Source: the human T2T-CHM13v2.0 reference genome, Homo sapiens
DNA: 64,000 bases
Assembly: GCF_009914755.1 (NCBI RefSeq)
Contig: NC_060945.1
Strand: one strand, 5' to 3'
This document shows, piece by piece, positions 16,130 to 30,627 of the stretch. The notes under the pieces are model-generated. The model searched no databases. It was given only the letters and a program-made list of their open reading frames with translations, and was not told the origin of the DNA. The position numbers and the translations under genes were made by a program. Position 1 is the stretch's first letter, and every line of letters begins with the position of its first letter.

Positions 16130-17050
16130 TGCCAGAGCAAATGTAAATTCTCTCTTAGAAGATAGTATTATCTGGAACCTTTCCTCAATTTTTCATACAC
16201 AATGTCTAGTACTCAGGTCAGTCATACCAGAAAATAAGATGTGTGTGAAAACTAACACAAAAAAATGGACAATAGAAAACAGCACAGGGAAACTGGAATA
16301 CTTGTCTGCCATAATAATAATTAATATGTTCAAGGAATTAAAAGCAAGATTGCGAGTCTGAAGAAAACTAAAAACTGTAAAGAACAAAATGTAAATTTCA
16401 GAATGGAAAAATATAAATGAAACTAAGAAGTCAGTGGATAAATTTAGCAGCATTATTAGACACAACTGAAGAGATAATTAGCCAACTGGTAAATTAATCT
16501 GGAGAATATTTTTCAGACTAAAGCTATGACATAAAGATGGGAGCATCAAAGAGATACTTTGGATATGGTGAGTAGTACTAACAGTGTATTTGTAGTTCCA
16601 GAGGGAGAGTAAAAGGAAATAGGGCAAAAGCATGTTTGAAGAGATTACTCACAATATTCCAAACTTGAGAAAGATCAAGCCATAGATTCAGGAAGCAATA
16701 GGAATCAAATAGTATAAACATAAAGAATACTGCACCAAAGTACATCATAATAAAACAAATAACTATAGACAAAGAGAAATCCTAAAAGTTGCAAGGTGGA
16801 AAAAGATACACGTATAAAGGAGCAAAAACAAGACTAATAGCTGACTTTGATACCTTTAAACATCAAGTCACACATAAGCAGAAATAATGTCTTTAAAGTG
16901 CTAGAAATAAATAACTGGCCATCTTGAATTTTATACCTAGCAGAAGTCTTTAAAAATGAAGAAAAACTAGCTGAAATAATTCTTCACCAGCACACCCACA
17001 CCAAAGGAAGTTCTAAGTATCCAGGAACAAGGAAAATTCTCTATCTACAA
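16130..17050 (+). mobile_element. Ancient L1 ORF1-region fragment (L1ME-like)
   Basis: A-rich; ttagacacaactgaagagataattag, cagattcaggaagc-like and aagagaaatcctaaaag motifs typical of L1 ORF1; boundaries approximate. Confidence 0.6.
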
Positions 17051-17160
17051 TGGGAGCTCAGAGAATAGAAGTGGGATTGAAATTCTTCTAACCTGCCAAG
17101 ATTCTCTTTCCTCTTTAAATTCCTCAAAAGAATAGTCCATGGTTTGTCTCCCCTACTTAA

Positions 17161-17498
17161 CAGTAGTCCCCCTTATCTTTGGTTTCACTTTCTGCTGTTT
17201 CAGTTACCTGCTGTTAATTGTGGCTGAAAATATTACAGTACTGAGAGAGAGAAGGAGAGGGAGAGAGGGAGAACACATTCATATAACTTTTATTACAGTA
17301 TGTTTTCTTTACAATTGACCTATTTTATTATTCGTTATTGTTGCTAATCTCATACTGTGCCCAATTTATAAATTTAGCCATTATAGGCATGCAAGGAAAA
17401 AAAACATAATATATATGGAGTTCAGTAATATCTGTGGTTTCCGGTATTCAGAGGAGATTTTGGAATGTATCCTTTTTGGATAAGAGGGTGCTACTCTG
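17161..17498 (+). mobile_element. MER44A-like Tigger/TcMar non-autonomous DNA transposon
   Basis: Imperfect TIRs cagtagtcccccttatc / gataagagggtgctactctg; internal cataacttttattacagtat and ctgtgcccaatttataaatt match recalled MER44A. Confidence 0.8.
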
Positions 17499-17984
17499 TA
17501 CCCCATTTTCCCATTATTTAATGCCTCTGTTCTTCCTCTACCACTCCACTGCAAACATGACTTTGCAGTTGCCAAATCCAAAGGTTATTTCTCTGTCCTT
17601 AATTTATTGGAAGAATGTGGCAACCTTTCATGATATTGCTAATCTTGTCCTCCTTGAAATGTGCCAGCTATTTTTTGATGTACAGCAGAATCTTTTGTGG
17701 AACTTTGTATCTTTATTGAGAGTCCCCTGACACAGCTATTTTTTAAAGCTCCGCAGTTTATTAGAATACACAAGTATGTTTGAAAGCCCTTGTTTTCTCC
17801 ACTCGTTTTTCTTCTGTGATTTCCCTTAGTATTCCTTTCTCTTTTTCAAAACTCTTTTTCTTTTTTCCTGTGATTTTTAAATGGTGCTTTCTCCCCAAGG
17901 TTCTGATCTTGGCCAACTGTTAATGTATTCATATCCCTTCTGGTTTATTACTTCTACTCTTACTGTTTTAAAAAGCAGTCACAA

Positions 17985-18075
17985 GACTGTAATCCCTACA
18001 AGGGCAGAGACTACCTTCTTAGTGTCTGGCATATAGTAGATGCTCCATAAATATTTGTTAAATGAATGAATAGAT
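17985..18075 (+). mobile_element. L2 3' end
   Basis: agggcagagac...gtgtctggcatatagtagatgctccataaatatttgttaaatgaatgaat. Confidence 0.7.
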
Positions 18076-19174
18076 GATTTATTTTATGTGCTTATATTGT
18101 TGAATAAATCTTTCTAGATCACAAGATAAAATTTTTTTTTACAGTTTCTGTTACCAGCTTTATGGTTTTACCTTTCATATTTAGGTTGTTAATTGATCTA
18201 TGTAATCTGGCTCTATTTCTTTATATGTAGTTTTCTCAATACCCAACTGTTGATCAAAACCTTGTTTCCTCATTGATTTGTGGTGCCACCTTTACCTTCT
18301 GTCAAGTTGGCTGACTCACCTTTTCTAAGATTTGAAACATTATCACTTCCTGTATAGTAATTTTCAAACTTTATAAACTGTGACCCAAGAAAGGAATATA
18401 CTGTATATTATAAAACATTTTACACATACACAAGTGTGTAAAATATCTACAATGAAAATTTTGCAAGAAAATACTCTGATGTATTTACTGAGTATGATAC
18501 ATTGTGATATTTTCCATTGTATTTTATCTCATTTTAAAGAAATGTTCAGTATGATGATAGTAAATGGTTGCAAACTACAGTTTAAAAAACATACTCCAGG
18601 AAGCCTTTCCATGGGCATCCTGCATATGCTCCATTAGATTCTTGTGTAATTATTATCACTGCATCTTGAAGTCACGACATTTCTATTACATGTCTGTCTC
18701 CTTTCTAAATTGTGTACTTCCTTGAGCATTGAGATAATATGTAATTTCTTTGTGTCTCTATTACCTAGGATCTGATGAGTAAATTTATTTGTACTCCATT
18801 TTTCTAGTATTAATGATACATCTAGATAATTCATGGTAAACATAGCAGGTCTAAAAAGTTTTGGACTTGACATTTGCATACTCTTTATTTTGAGGAAACT
18901 GCTTAAGTGCATATAAAAAGAGCTATTAATAATGAGTAGTATATTTAAAAAGTTGTCCAAATATAATCTTGTGCACTATCAAGTATCAAGAATGGTATGT
19001 CAAATAAAAGAAACTTGACTTTTTCTCAGAAGTATGTCCTCCTTGTGCCAGTTGCAATGATTCTGAGTATAAGTAGTACACAGTTGTAAAAAATAAACCT
19101 CCAAGACTAGTCATTTTTACATTCTGCTAATGGAATTTTCCCTCAGGTTATGTTAAATTGTTGTTCTTTTTCAG

Positions 19175-19261
19175 TCATTATTTAATCTTTTGGAATTTAG
19201 AAGATTAGTTCTGAATTACAAGCCTCCATCAAATGCTCAAGATTTACCCCGAAACCAAAAG
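19175..19261 (+). CDS. USP25: USP25 exon ~6
   Basis: ttttcag|TCA TTA...CAA AAG|gtaaaa; 87 nt; [29 protein letters not shown]. Confidence 0.95.
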
Positions 19262-19737
19262 GTAAAATTCAAAAGATTTTTTTAAGCAGTATATATACTC
19301 TATATGTTCTCTTATATGTGATTGATTTTTGGGCATTTACTTGGCTCATCAAATCTGAAACTGTCAATTTGAATGTCAATTCATTAATCTTAGTTACCAT
19401 AGCAAGTTCTTATCCTTTGTTAATATATTATAAATACGACTTTTTTCCTTTACCTGTCACAGTAATATGCCAATTTTTGGTGTCGCTTTAGTAATTTTTT
19501 TGGGGGGGACTGTCAAATTTCAGTAAACTTTATAGGCTATAGTTTACAATTTAAGGTCTTTCCTCAGTTGTCTCCTAAAAAATTTTGTGGAAATCGAAAT
19601 TTCTTTTCAATTGATCGTCTTGTGCAGCCCTTTAAAAAATGCGTTTTGCATTCATGTCTTTGCAGTACAAATCTGTATCTTTCATTTTGGAAGTGACTGT
19701 CATAGATGGGTAATATAAAGTGACAACACACACACCA

Positions 19738-19930
19738 GGGCCAGATTGCGTGGGTTCTAGCTAGGGACCTAGAGCTGGTTACTTGATTTCTCTCTGTTCC
19801 ATTTACTATCTGTAAATCATATATAATAATAGTAATTATTTCATAGAGTTGCTGTGAGCATTAAATGAGGTAAAACATGTAAGGGGCTTAAAAGTGCTTG
19901 GTACATAGTAAGTACTAGGTGTCAGCTATT
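19738..19930 (+). mobile_element. MIR
   Basis: atctgtaaat...tcatagagttgctgtgagcattaaatgag...gtgcttggtacatagtaagtact core. Confidence 0.7.
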
Positions 19931-21829
19931 GTCAGTTAAACAATAAAAAAAATTAAAAAAAAAAAAAGACTTATTTTAAAAAGAACCAGTTTGCACACAG
20001 AATTTATACCTAATGGAAAAAATTACTTATGGAGATGATATAGTTGCGTGTAGGGCTTTAGTGGTTGATCTTGTCATAAACAATCTGTAGTCCTAAAGTG
20101 GACTTATTGCCAAGGCAAGGGAGTTAGTTTTAGGTTTCAGTAAACTGCTGAACTTTTTTGACCTATTTTTAGTAGGAGTGATGAAATATTAAATTATGTT
20201 TTCGTTTTAGCGTTTAATTTTTAAAACCACTTTTTCTTTTTCTGTAAACACGTGAAACATTTATAATGCATGCTAGTGGGAAGATAACTTGATTTATAAC
20301 CAGCTTTTCAGGTTATAATCTCTGGGCTGTAGAGTGTCAGGCTGATAAACAACCCATTTTCAAAAGGGAGTCAGGATCGTCTGACAAACTCTTATGTCTC
20401 CAGAAAAATTAAGGAAAACCCTTTCAATCATTATGGTTTTTACATGGAACTTTCTGAACTATTGCCTCTGTCATTGCAATTTGTTAATATCACAGTTCTT
20501 CTCTCTTCTCATATCTCAAAGTATATGTATAATTTGTGTGAAATGGTTGAGAATTATCATTTCTAGTTAGGTATGCATGTATGTATATGCATCTTGACCA
20601 TTTATGGTCCTGGATTTTAATGTTTTACAGAGCTTTAATTTCTTTTGTTCTTCACAGAGTTGAATGAGGCCATGTTAGTTTGTATTCTTATTTAAAAAAC
20701 AGTTGCTATATTTATGCTTATATATCAGAACGAGTTGTGAATACTAGAGAAATGTGTAATTCCAGTCTTCAGCACCTTTCTAGAGAAGTTTGTTTCTTGC
20801 AATGGGTTAGCCTCTCCAGGTGTCCCTTTAGCTTAAGGAAATAAAAGAATTTCTCACTTCCATTCTGAGACAATTACTTAGAATACTGTGCAATTTTATA
20901 TGATTATTCCACAAATGTGACTCTAATTTAGTATAGTGACAGCAGTACACACTATACCTTGACATCTTTGAAGCAAATGGATTTATAGATAGTTATCAGC
21001 CACTGAATGGTCCTATATTCACTTGAGATGGTGACAGCAGGTTTTTAAAAAAGGCGTGAGTGTAACTTGTCACTTATTTAATAATGAATTTACCGCCAAC
21101 TCGTGACATGTCTACAGCTACATTCAATTTGAACACTTTGTCTTAAGTTGCAGAATACATTTGGGATTACTTTGATCACATCACAGAGATGCCATTTGTA
21201 TGCACTTTTAAACAGGATATTTTTTGCTAGCAAAATTTGCCACAAATATTACATACATATTGAGTGAGATTTGAAAGAAATCTAGTATTTGAAATTAGTA
21301 TGTATTTTAAGTAGACTTGGCAATTGCTTGTAGAAATTGAAACTAATTTTAGACACTCAGGTTTCTTTGAACTGTTGGTAATTTCAGTGTCTAGGAGAAT
21401 TGTGAGGTCCCTGGAAATATAATAATAGATCCTTGATGTAATCATCCCCTCTCCCCTCACACAGATATACATTTGGTTTAAAATGTTTCAGACTGATGGC
21501 AAAGCATATTAAATGTTGAGAAAACAAAGATGCACATGTATAATATTTAGTGGAAATCATCATGTAAATAGCTAAAGCCTTATTAATTGGAAGGTTATAT
21601 TATTTAAAGTCTTGATTTAGGACAAATATTTCAAAATAAAGAAATTTATCACTTTCCACTACTTAAAGTGAATGTCATCAGAAGGAAATGGGTTTAGTTG
21701 AGTACCATACTGTATTCCTGGAGCAAATACCTGAAGGAATTTTGAATTTTACAAATAAAAGGGGCATTCTGAGATTTCTGCCATTAGTCATGAAGAAGTA
21801 ACAGGAGCTGGATTTATAAGTCTCAGTGC

Positions 21830-23008
21830 ATCTTAGAGGATTCAAAGCATACAAAATACCTTTTCTGATGAAAATGGTAGAAATCAAGGTAGAAATCAAC
21901 AACAGAAAGATATACAGAAAATCCCCAGATAGTTGGAAATGAAGTAATTCACCTCTAAATATCCCAAGGGACAAAAAAACAAATCAAATGAGTAATGTCA
22001 GAATATTGTAAGCTGAATGAAAATTAAAACATGACATATCAAAATTTGAGGATGAAGCTAAAACAGTGATTAGTGGAAGATATCTTATAAGAGACATCTT
22101 ACCAGACATCTTATTAGAAAAGAAGAATGGTTTTCAATTAATGATAGCAGCTTGCATATCAAGACATTAGAGAATAAAGGGCACGTTAATCTCAAAGCAG
22201 AAGTAAGGAAATAATAAAGGTAATAGCAGAAATCTGTGAACCAAATATCAGAAAAACAATACAGAAAATTATGGAACCAAAAACTGCTTCTTGAGAAGAT
22301 TGGTGAAATTGATGAACTTCTAGGTAGACTAAGCAAGAAAGAAGAGGGAAGACATATATTACAAATATAAGGAGTGAAAAAGGGAAACATCACTACATAC
22401 TCTGTAGACACTAAAGGGAGAATAGTGGAATATTATAAACAGCAGACAAGTATCTTGAAAGTCACAAGCTATCAAAGCTCACTAGTGAAGAAATAGATAA
22501 CCTGTGGTAGCCCTACATTATATTAAAGGAACTGGAACCTGTCCACCAAAAAATTCAGCAGCTAAATAGTTTTACTTGTAAATTATATTAAGCATTTAAA
22601 GAACAAATGATAACAATTCCCTATAAATTTGTACAGATACTTAAAAAGTAAAACTTCCCAACTCATTTTGTGAGCTAAGCATTACCCTGAAATGAAAAGT
22701 AGGAAAATACATTTCAAGAAAAGCAAACCACACACCAATATTTCTCATGAATTTGGAAGCAAAGAATTGTAGCAAATTTTTGAAAAATTAAATCCTGCAA
22801 TTATATATAAAGGATAATACCTCATAGAGAAGTGGGGCTTATCCAGGAATACAAAATTGGTTTAGCTTTCAAAAATAAATCAGTATACTTCACCATATCA
22901 ACAGACTAAAGAAGGAAAACCATATTATCATCTCTGTGGATGAAGAAAAATGATTTGACCAAAGCTAAAATCTCATTTATGGTAAAAATCTTCTAGAAAC
23001 TAGGAAGC
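21830..23008 (+). mobile_element. Old L1 ORF2 fragment (L1MC/MD-like)
   Basis: gaaatcaacaacagaaag, gaagctaaaacagtgattagtggaa, cttcccaactcattttgtgag, ccatattatcatctc motifs colinear with the ORF2 of the 888-6897 element. Confidence 0.8.
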
Positions 23009-24538
23009 AATTTACTTTTCAAATATGCTTCTCAGCAGAATTCCACTAATTTCCAAAAATTATTACTTCCAATTTTGTTACTGGGAATGTCTCAAAAAAC
23101 TGCATTGACTTAGGTGCGGTGATAAAGAAACTGATCTCAGGAAATTAAGGGTACTTTTGAAAGTAATTTTGTGGATTAAAGCTCATAGTCTTTATACTTT
23201 TAAAACCTATGTCTGAGGGCATATTTGGAACCAGTTTTATTCCCTCTTACCTATTTCTCAGGACTCTTTTTTGGAATCTATTCTAGAAGCAATTCTTTCT
23301 ATGTGGGTTATACTATTTTGGGCAGCAACTATGTAAAGATACACCCCCATCCCAGACCCCTAGAATTTTACAGTGTTGAGAATGCCAACTGTGTAAATTT
23401 GGAAGAAAATTTTCATGTTTAATATCTAAATTTTTTCCGTTAAAATTGTTATTATAAGAACTAAATATTATAAGAATGGCTTGCCTGGTTTGTTGTCATG
23501 AAACATTTCACTAAGTTATGTGAATTATGTTATTTTTTAAAATTTCCTTCTTGTTTTAAAATACATTGTTAGTGATTGGTAATGTGGGTTGTTTTAATTT
23601 CTTTCTGGAGATTTTGCTTTAATGAGCCAGTAAGAATTGAATGCTTTGTGTAGTAAAAAGTTGGGGAAAAGATATAGAAATTCTTGTCTTTGAGAATCTT
23701 ATAGTCTTATTGAGAAACAAAAGTAAGATTTCAGAGGAATATTAGGAGGGTGATATATTAGTCTCCTATTAGGATCTGGTCTAATTATTAAATTAATAAA
23801 ATTAAATAAATTTAAATATTGTGATTGAATTATATTAAATATAATGTTCGATAACTTTAGATATAAAATAAATGAGTATAAAATAATTTTATAAGTAATT
23901 TTTATTAAATATAAAAACAAATATTAAATTTCTAATAATCGGGTGAGGTTCTAATATTAGTCTAATAATTAAGATTGTCACACCACAGTGACAGTCGGTG
24001 ATTCATTGCTCAGTGAAAGGCATTTATTTCAGTAGATGTGGAATTTGAAGGTATCGTTGACTTGAAGGAGTCTGGAAAGGCTTCATGGAGGAGTGGAGAT
24101 TTTTGCTAAATGGGTTTATTGAGATCAAGCACTTAGAACAGTGCCTGGCATGTAGTGAACACTCATTGAATGTTGGCTGTTATTATTGCTCTGAGCAGCA
24201 GCAGCTGGGCCTTGCTGAATGGGAAGTATTATGAGAAGCAGTCTTGAATGAGGAAGATATTCTTGGCTGAGTAATGACATGATTTGCTGTGAATATGTGG
24301 CATTCATGCTGAAATTGTGAGCCTATCCTAGGTCTTCTGCCTTTTTGTGCTGGACTTCTTTGAGTCTCTTAGATGGCACCAACACTCTACTTTCTTCAAT
24401 TATGATAGAGTGCTAATTCATCCCTAAACTATATTGGCTAGTTTAATTTTTGGTTACTGTTAAAATGAATATTTATTAGTAAAAATTTTCTTAATCTTCA
24501 GTTAAGGTGTTTTTGTTTTTGTTTTTTTCCTTCAATAG

Positions 24539-24676
24539 GAACATCGGAATTTGCCTTTTATGCGTGAGCTGAGGTATCTATTTGCACTTCTTGTTGGTAC
24601 CAAAAGGAAGTATGTTGATCCATCAAGAGCAGTTGAAATTCTTAAGGATGCTTTCAAATCAAATGACTCACAGCAG
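24539..24676 (+). CDS. USP25: USP25 exon ~7
   Basis: caatag|GAA CAT...CAG CAG|gtagtt; 138 nt; [10 protein letters not shown]...FKSNDSQQ. Confidence 0.95.
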
Positions 24677-26327
24677 GTAGTTCTGTTGCACTGACTTGTT
24701 CATTAACCATTTGTATTTAATCTGAACAATATTAAGCACCTTTCCCAAGAATATGAGACTATTTGAGATGCATGATTCTGCTTTATTAAAAATAACCTGG
24801 AACCATTTAAAACATTTGGGAGACTTTTAAGAGAAAAGTGATCTTGAAGGTGTTAAAATAAAGTTTTAATTTATATTATGATTGAAATGAAAACGATGGA
24901 TACAATTAAGATTATTTACAAATACATAATTAAACATGTTCACAAATGTGTGATAACAGAGGATCATTATAGTACACATGCTTTTGATATTCCTGTGTTT
25001 GCTGGCAGGGAGTACTTTTCCTTAATTACCCAGAAATGGTTTTTGAAAGATGTTATCTTTGTTATTGTTGCTTTTGTCTTTTATTCTTTATATAGTGTAT
25101 TGTGGTAGATTTTTATCCATTACCTTAAAAGAATATTGGTAATTTTCTTATAAAAAATACAAAATATCTATAAACAAACCAGTATTTTCACATATAATTG
25201 GAAAAATCAGAGAAATTAAAGAAGGAAAACAGAGGAAAAAATACAGTGGCAAAGAATAGTAAGTGTTCAAAAAGATAGCGGCAATGTGTAATGGCAGAAG
25301 TTTCAAAAAGCCACTAAGCTTGCAGCGTTGTTTTTTAAAGTACATACTTGGATGTGTCTCTGTTTTGTGATGTATGGAGAGGGCGTTTGGAAGAGGAAGG
25401 TCTGAGATTCTCTCACCATCTTCCTTGTGCTTTTTGTTTCTGCTTTACATTTACCTTGTATGGCAAATGTGAATGAACAAAAAGGGCACTCACATCAGAG
25501 TTTCTTTTATATGTTGTTGCATTTTTAAAAAAAATTCTAACAATGCTCCAGTGCCTTTTAGGCTTAGTATCTACTCAGCTTTGTTTCTTACTCGCTCTGT
25601 CATGGTAACACTAACACAAATCAAAAGAAAGAGAAATAATTTTACAGTTGATTCCAAACCATCATTTTCGGGCATTCAGCATTCCTTCTGGTTCTAAATG
25701 TGTTTTACTTTTTTTTTTCTTCTTTAGTATGCATAGTATCTTTTCCAGTGATTCTGAGTATACAATTAAATTTTTTAAAAGATTACTTCTGTTCTCTGAC
25801 TTATCTTTCCTTCTGGATGGCTTTTTCCTTGTCTTTTTTCTGGTTTCTTTTTTTTTTTCTTTCTTTTCTAGAGATTCATGTTGATTTTGGGGTATCTTTT
25901 CACATTTAAAGATGAGGCAGCATAGACTTTGTCTGGAGCCATGTATGTACATAGGTGGGCTTTTCAGTTTGAGTTAGAGTTGAAATGGATACAACTGGCG
26001 GTTAAGGCCACAATATAAATGCTTTTGCTTCAGATTAGCAGTGTAGACTAACTTTTGAAATTAGTGATTCTTTTTCTTTAGAGGCCTTTTAAAGTAGATG
26101 TGCATCAATTAAGGTTGATAAGTTTGATTCTCTTCTGTTCCCTAAACACTTGAATTTGAAGTCTACAGGAGTAATTTAGTGAATCTGTAAATGTAAGCAT
26201 CATGATTTTTTTAAAAGTGAATTTATATTTTCATTGTATCTTCTTCCTAAATATTTCAAATACATCATCTTTTGAAGTACACAGGAGTCTTTTGAGACAC
26301 CCTTTGGTATGTGATACTGTTAGTTTT

Positions 26328-26705
<378 letters not shown>

Positions 26706-26837
26706 TAGATTGATTTCTAAGAAAGATAGGGATTAACTTCTGAAAAATATTGTGTTAGCTAGGAAACCTTATTTTTTGTTGGATGTAATGTTTAAGTGAA
26801 TTAAAGTTATACAAAAGTATGAAAAGTTGTTTTAAGG

Positions 26838-27285
26838 TGTTACAATAGTTCCTAAGGACAGTCGTAACAAATTACAACAAATGGAGTGGTTAAAAACAAA
26901 AGGTTATTCTCTAATAGTTCTAGAGGGCAGAGGTCCAGAGTAAAGGTGTTGGCAGGGCCACACTTCCTCCATTGGCTCTGAGGGAGAATCCTTTGCTTCC
27001 ACCGTACTCTGGTGGCTGTTGGTGTTCCTTGCCTTGAGGCAGCATAGCTCCAATCTCTGTCTTCCTCTTCATGTGGCTTTCCCTCATGTGTCTGTCTGTC
27101 TTCTGGTTTTCTGTTTCTTACAAGAACACTCACCATTGGATTTAGCCCCAGCCCTAATCCAGGCTGATCTCATCTCAAGATCCTTACCTTAATTATATTG
27201 ACAAAGACCATTATTCTAAATAGTGTCACATTTTGAGGATCTAGGTGGACATATATTTTTGCAGGCTACTATTCAACCCGCCACA
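26838..27285 (-). mobile_element. MaLR solo LTR (MLT1C-like)
   Basis: gtaacaaattacaacaaa...aaggtgttggcagggcc...cattggatttag...ccctaatccagg...ctattcaacccgccaca. Confidence 0.8.
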
Positions 27286-27963
27286 GATGTTATGAATGTT
27301 TACAGCTGGATTTTTGCGTTGCGTTTAGTCCTATTTAACTCTACAGCTTTGGAGCAGTTTACTTAAGCTTCCCAGACTTTAGTTTCAACATTTTTTTGAG
27401 GTTAATATAAAGTTGGCCTACATGCTCTTTAAGAAACTGCTGGCTGAAAAAATATATGATAGTAAGTTTGTTTTGTATTTGGGGCTATTTTGGTAAGTAA
27501 GGACAAATTGCTTACTACTGATTCATCTGCCTGTAAGCAGCCTCAGTAGAGTTGATTTATTGTTTTTCCCTTATGTTCTATTTATTATTTTCTGTGTTCC
27601 AACTCACGTTATTGAAAGAATTATGGTAGTTGATAACACAACTGCCACAACCTATTCCTGTTTTTCCGTGTTGGGAGAGCAAAGACCAAAGGCATGGTGA
27701 AAGGTGATAAATGGGCTGGTTCTGAATGATAGTAAAGGTAGATATGGCTTAAAAAGTTGTGTGTGTAAGTTGAATTAAGAAAAGTGAATTGTGGAAAGAG
27801 ACTAGTCTTCCTTCTAAGAGAGAAGCCAGTCATAATTCTTTATAAAACGAAGAACTGTTTGCTAAGATGATTTCTTCATTTTATAAAGATTCATTACAGA
27901 GCTCTTTGGGTGGGGAGTAATGATTATTTTTTAAAAATCTCATTTGTAAGTTTGGTTTTTGAT

Positions 27964-27990
27964 TGTGTGTGTGTGTGTGTGTGTGTGTGT
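27964..27990. repeat. (TG)~13 microsatellite
   Basis: Direct reading. Confidence 0.95.
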
Positions 27991-28225
27991 ATTTTAAAGT
28001 GAAACCCAATAATTGATTATCATATAATGCTTGTTTTTTCAAATATCTTATATCCTGGTTAAATTATAAAAGTTTCTTGCATTTCGTGTGAAACATTTCA
28101 CTTGTTATCTTTGTAAGGAGTTGGTAATTATATATTTCAACAACTGGCTCTAGGTTTGATGTTACAACATCTAGTATTTTTTTTTTAGTAGGCTCAAATA
28201 TCAACAGGCTTTTTTCTTTTCACAG

Positions 28226-28302
28226 CAAGATGTGAGTGAGTTTACACACAAATTATTAGATTGGTTAGAAGATGCCTTCCAAATGAAAGCTGAAGAGGAG
28301 AC
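28226..28302 (+). CDS. USP25: USP25 exon ~8 (completes the QQD motif)
   Basis: cacag|CAA GAT...GAG AC|gtaagt; 77 nt; [26 protein letters not shown]. Confidence 0.95.
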
Positions 28303-28837
28303 GTAAGTTACCGTGAAGTTTAGCAATGGGGTTTTAGGAATTCATTAGATAGCATGTATTAAATGTCAACAGAGAAATAAGAAATCAAGACAGACTTATG
28401 GGAATCCCAGTATTTTCTGTATTATTGACAAGCTGTTTAGAATTTGCAGGCACAAATAATAGTGTAACCAAAAAAATCTAAAAAGTGATCCCTGGAAGAG
28501 CTAGTCTTACATGCCCAGTTCCTTTTCTTAGATTCAATAATCACTTTTCATGACGAGGAATGAATTTGCGGTGGAGAAAGATGTCAGGAATGTGAATTGT
28601 GACAAAATCCTTTTACGTAGAAGCATGAAGACAGGGATATGAAGTAGCAGTGCATGTGAGCAAGTGGCTCTGTTTTATCTGTTCACTCAGGGCCCCGAGG
28701 TCACCTAGGTTTCTGGGATCTTGCTGGCAGTGAAAATTATACTGTGTCTCTAAGTTTCTGCCCAGAGGTGACACACATCACTTCTGCAAACATTTTGTTG
28801 GGCAGAGCTATGTGGCCTAACTTCAAAGTGAGTAGGA

Positions 28838-29563
28838 ATATCTCACACTAATTAGGATGGCGGCTACGAAAAAAAACGAAACACCCCCCCCAACCCCTAC
28901 TGACCCAAGAAAATAACGAGGGTTGGCAAGGATGTGGAGAAATTGAAACCCTTGTGCAGTGTTGGTGAGGATATGAAATGGTACAGCCACTGTGGAAAAC
29001 AGTATGGGGATTTCTTAAAAGATTAAAAATATAATCACCATATGATCCAGCAATTCTGCTTCTTGGTGTATATCCAAAAGAATTGAAAGCAGGGTTTCAA
29101 AGAGATATTTGTACACCTGTGTTCATAGCAACGTTATTCACAATAGCCGAAAGGTGGAAGCAAACCAAATGTCCATTGATAGGTGAATGGATAAACAAAA
29201 TGTGCTGTATATACATACAGTGGAATATTATTTATCCTGAAAAGCACAGAAGTTCTGACATATGGTGTAACATGACCCCTTGAAGATATTATGCCACGTG
29301 AAAGAAGCCAGTCACAAAAGGACAGGTACTATAAATCACTTATGTGAGGTATCAAGAGTTATCAAACTCTTAGCAACAGAAAGTAGAATGGTGGTTGCCA
29401 GAGGCTGGGGGGAGGGGGAGATGAGGAGTTGTTTAATGCATATAGAGTTTCAGTTTTGCAAGAGGAAAAGAATTCTGACATTGGTTGCACAACAGTGTGA
29501 ATATACTTAACATTACCGAACTGTACAGTTAAAGGGTTATGTACATTTTATCACAGTTTTAAG
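28838..29563 (+). mobile_element. 5'-truncated L1MB-like 3' end with 12-bp TSD, inside an older MLT1-like fragment
   Basis: ttggcaaggatgtggagaaatt...atatgatccagcaattc...agaatggtggttgccagaggctgg; TSD aagtgagtagga at 28826-28837 and 29564-29575. Confidence 0.88.
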
Positions 29564-30249
29564 AAGTGAGTAGGACAGTGTATCTTACCATGCACCTGAA
29601 CGTGAAGGGCCAGAATTTTTTTTCAGTAGCATTAAAGACTGCTATACTACCTACTGGGGTTCTTGTAAGAATTAAGAGAAGTACTTATCAACATTATTCT
29701 AAGGATTAAATGATGACCCATTTATCAAGAGAGATGGTATCCCCTCTCTCCCTTTTTAAACAATACTTCACAAATCAATTAATATAAACACAAATTAATG
29801 CAGAAAAATCTGTACACAATTGTGGATACAACGCATTTCTATACAGTAAGGCAAGGATAAACTTTGTCTTTTTAGGTCACACAAACCATAAAAAGACAAT
29901 TTAAAATTTTCAACTTTTGTTTGCTCCAAGCAGAAAAGAAAAAAATGAATTTTGGTATTAAATGACTTGGAAAATTTGTAGATGACTAATTCTACCAGCA
30001 GTGTGAAACTTCACAAAAGAATGAAGTAGCTGTTCAGCTACTTTGGGTGAAAAACTGGTACCTCGTTCCCTCCCTGGTGAGGGTTGTTGTTTTTGGATTT
30101 TTTTGGACTCTTCCATGTAAATACAGGAAATAACCTATCAAAATTTTGTAGAAATGTATTCTGATTAAAAGTGGCTTTTCTTCCTTCCCATGTCCAAATA
30201 AACGTGCACTACACAGAGTATGAGATTGAAATGTGTAATGATGATAGGA

Positions 30250-30450
30250 AGAGCAGGCACTTTGTGCACAAACTGTGTCAATTTCTCTTCCAAGTTCATA
30301 CACGTAGTAGCTCATTTTAACTCCTATGAGAGTCCTGTGGGTGCAGCTATCATAGTTATCCGCAGTTGACAGGTAAAGAAATGGAAGAATAAGTACCTTG
30401 TGCAACGTGGCACTGTAAATAACAGAGCTAAATGCAAGTGCGTGATAGCC
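30250..30450 (-). mobile_element. MIR, antisense
   Basis: ctcattttaactcctatgagagtcctgtgggt...ttgacaggtaaagaaatgg...gtaaataacagagct. Confidence 0.55.
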
Positions 30451-30553
30451 ACATAAGTGTTTTTGTCTTGTCATATGTTATAGTTCTTTAATATTTTCTC
30501 TATTTATAGGTCCGAAAATTGTAATCACATTTATATTTTTTAACATACTTTAG

Positions 30554-30627
30554 GGATGAAGAGAAGCCAAAGAACCCCATGGTAGAGTTGTTCTATGGCA
30601 GATTCCTGGCTGTGGGAGTACTTGAAG
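30554..30627 (+). CDS. USP25: USP25 exon ~9
   Basis: ctttag|G GAT GAA...GAA G|gtagag; 74 nt; [24 protein letters not shown]. Confidence 0.95.

Noticed and set aside
19137-19174. Extra tttccctcAG/GT 28 nt upstream of the exon-6 acceptor
   Set aside because: Out of frame and common by chance; the downstream AG gives the correct protein
23760-23970. Extremely AT-rich stretch resembling a mitochondrial insert or a hairpin
   Set aside because: Low-complexity sequence with no recognisable mitochondrial gene, tRNA or clear long inverted repeat
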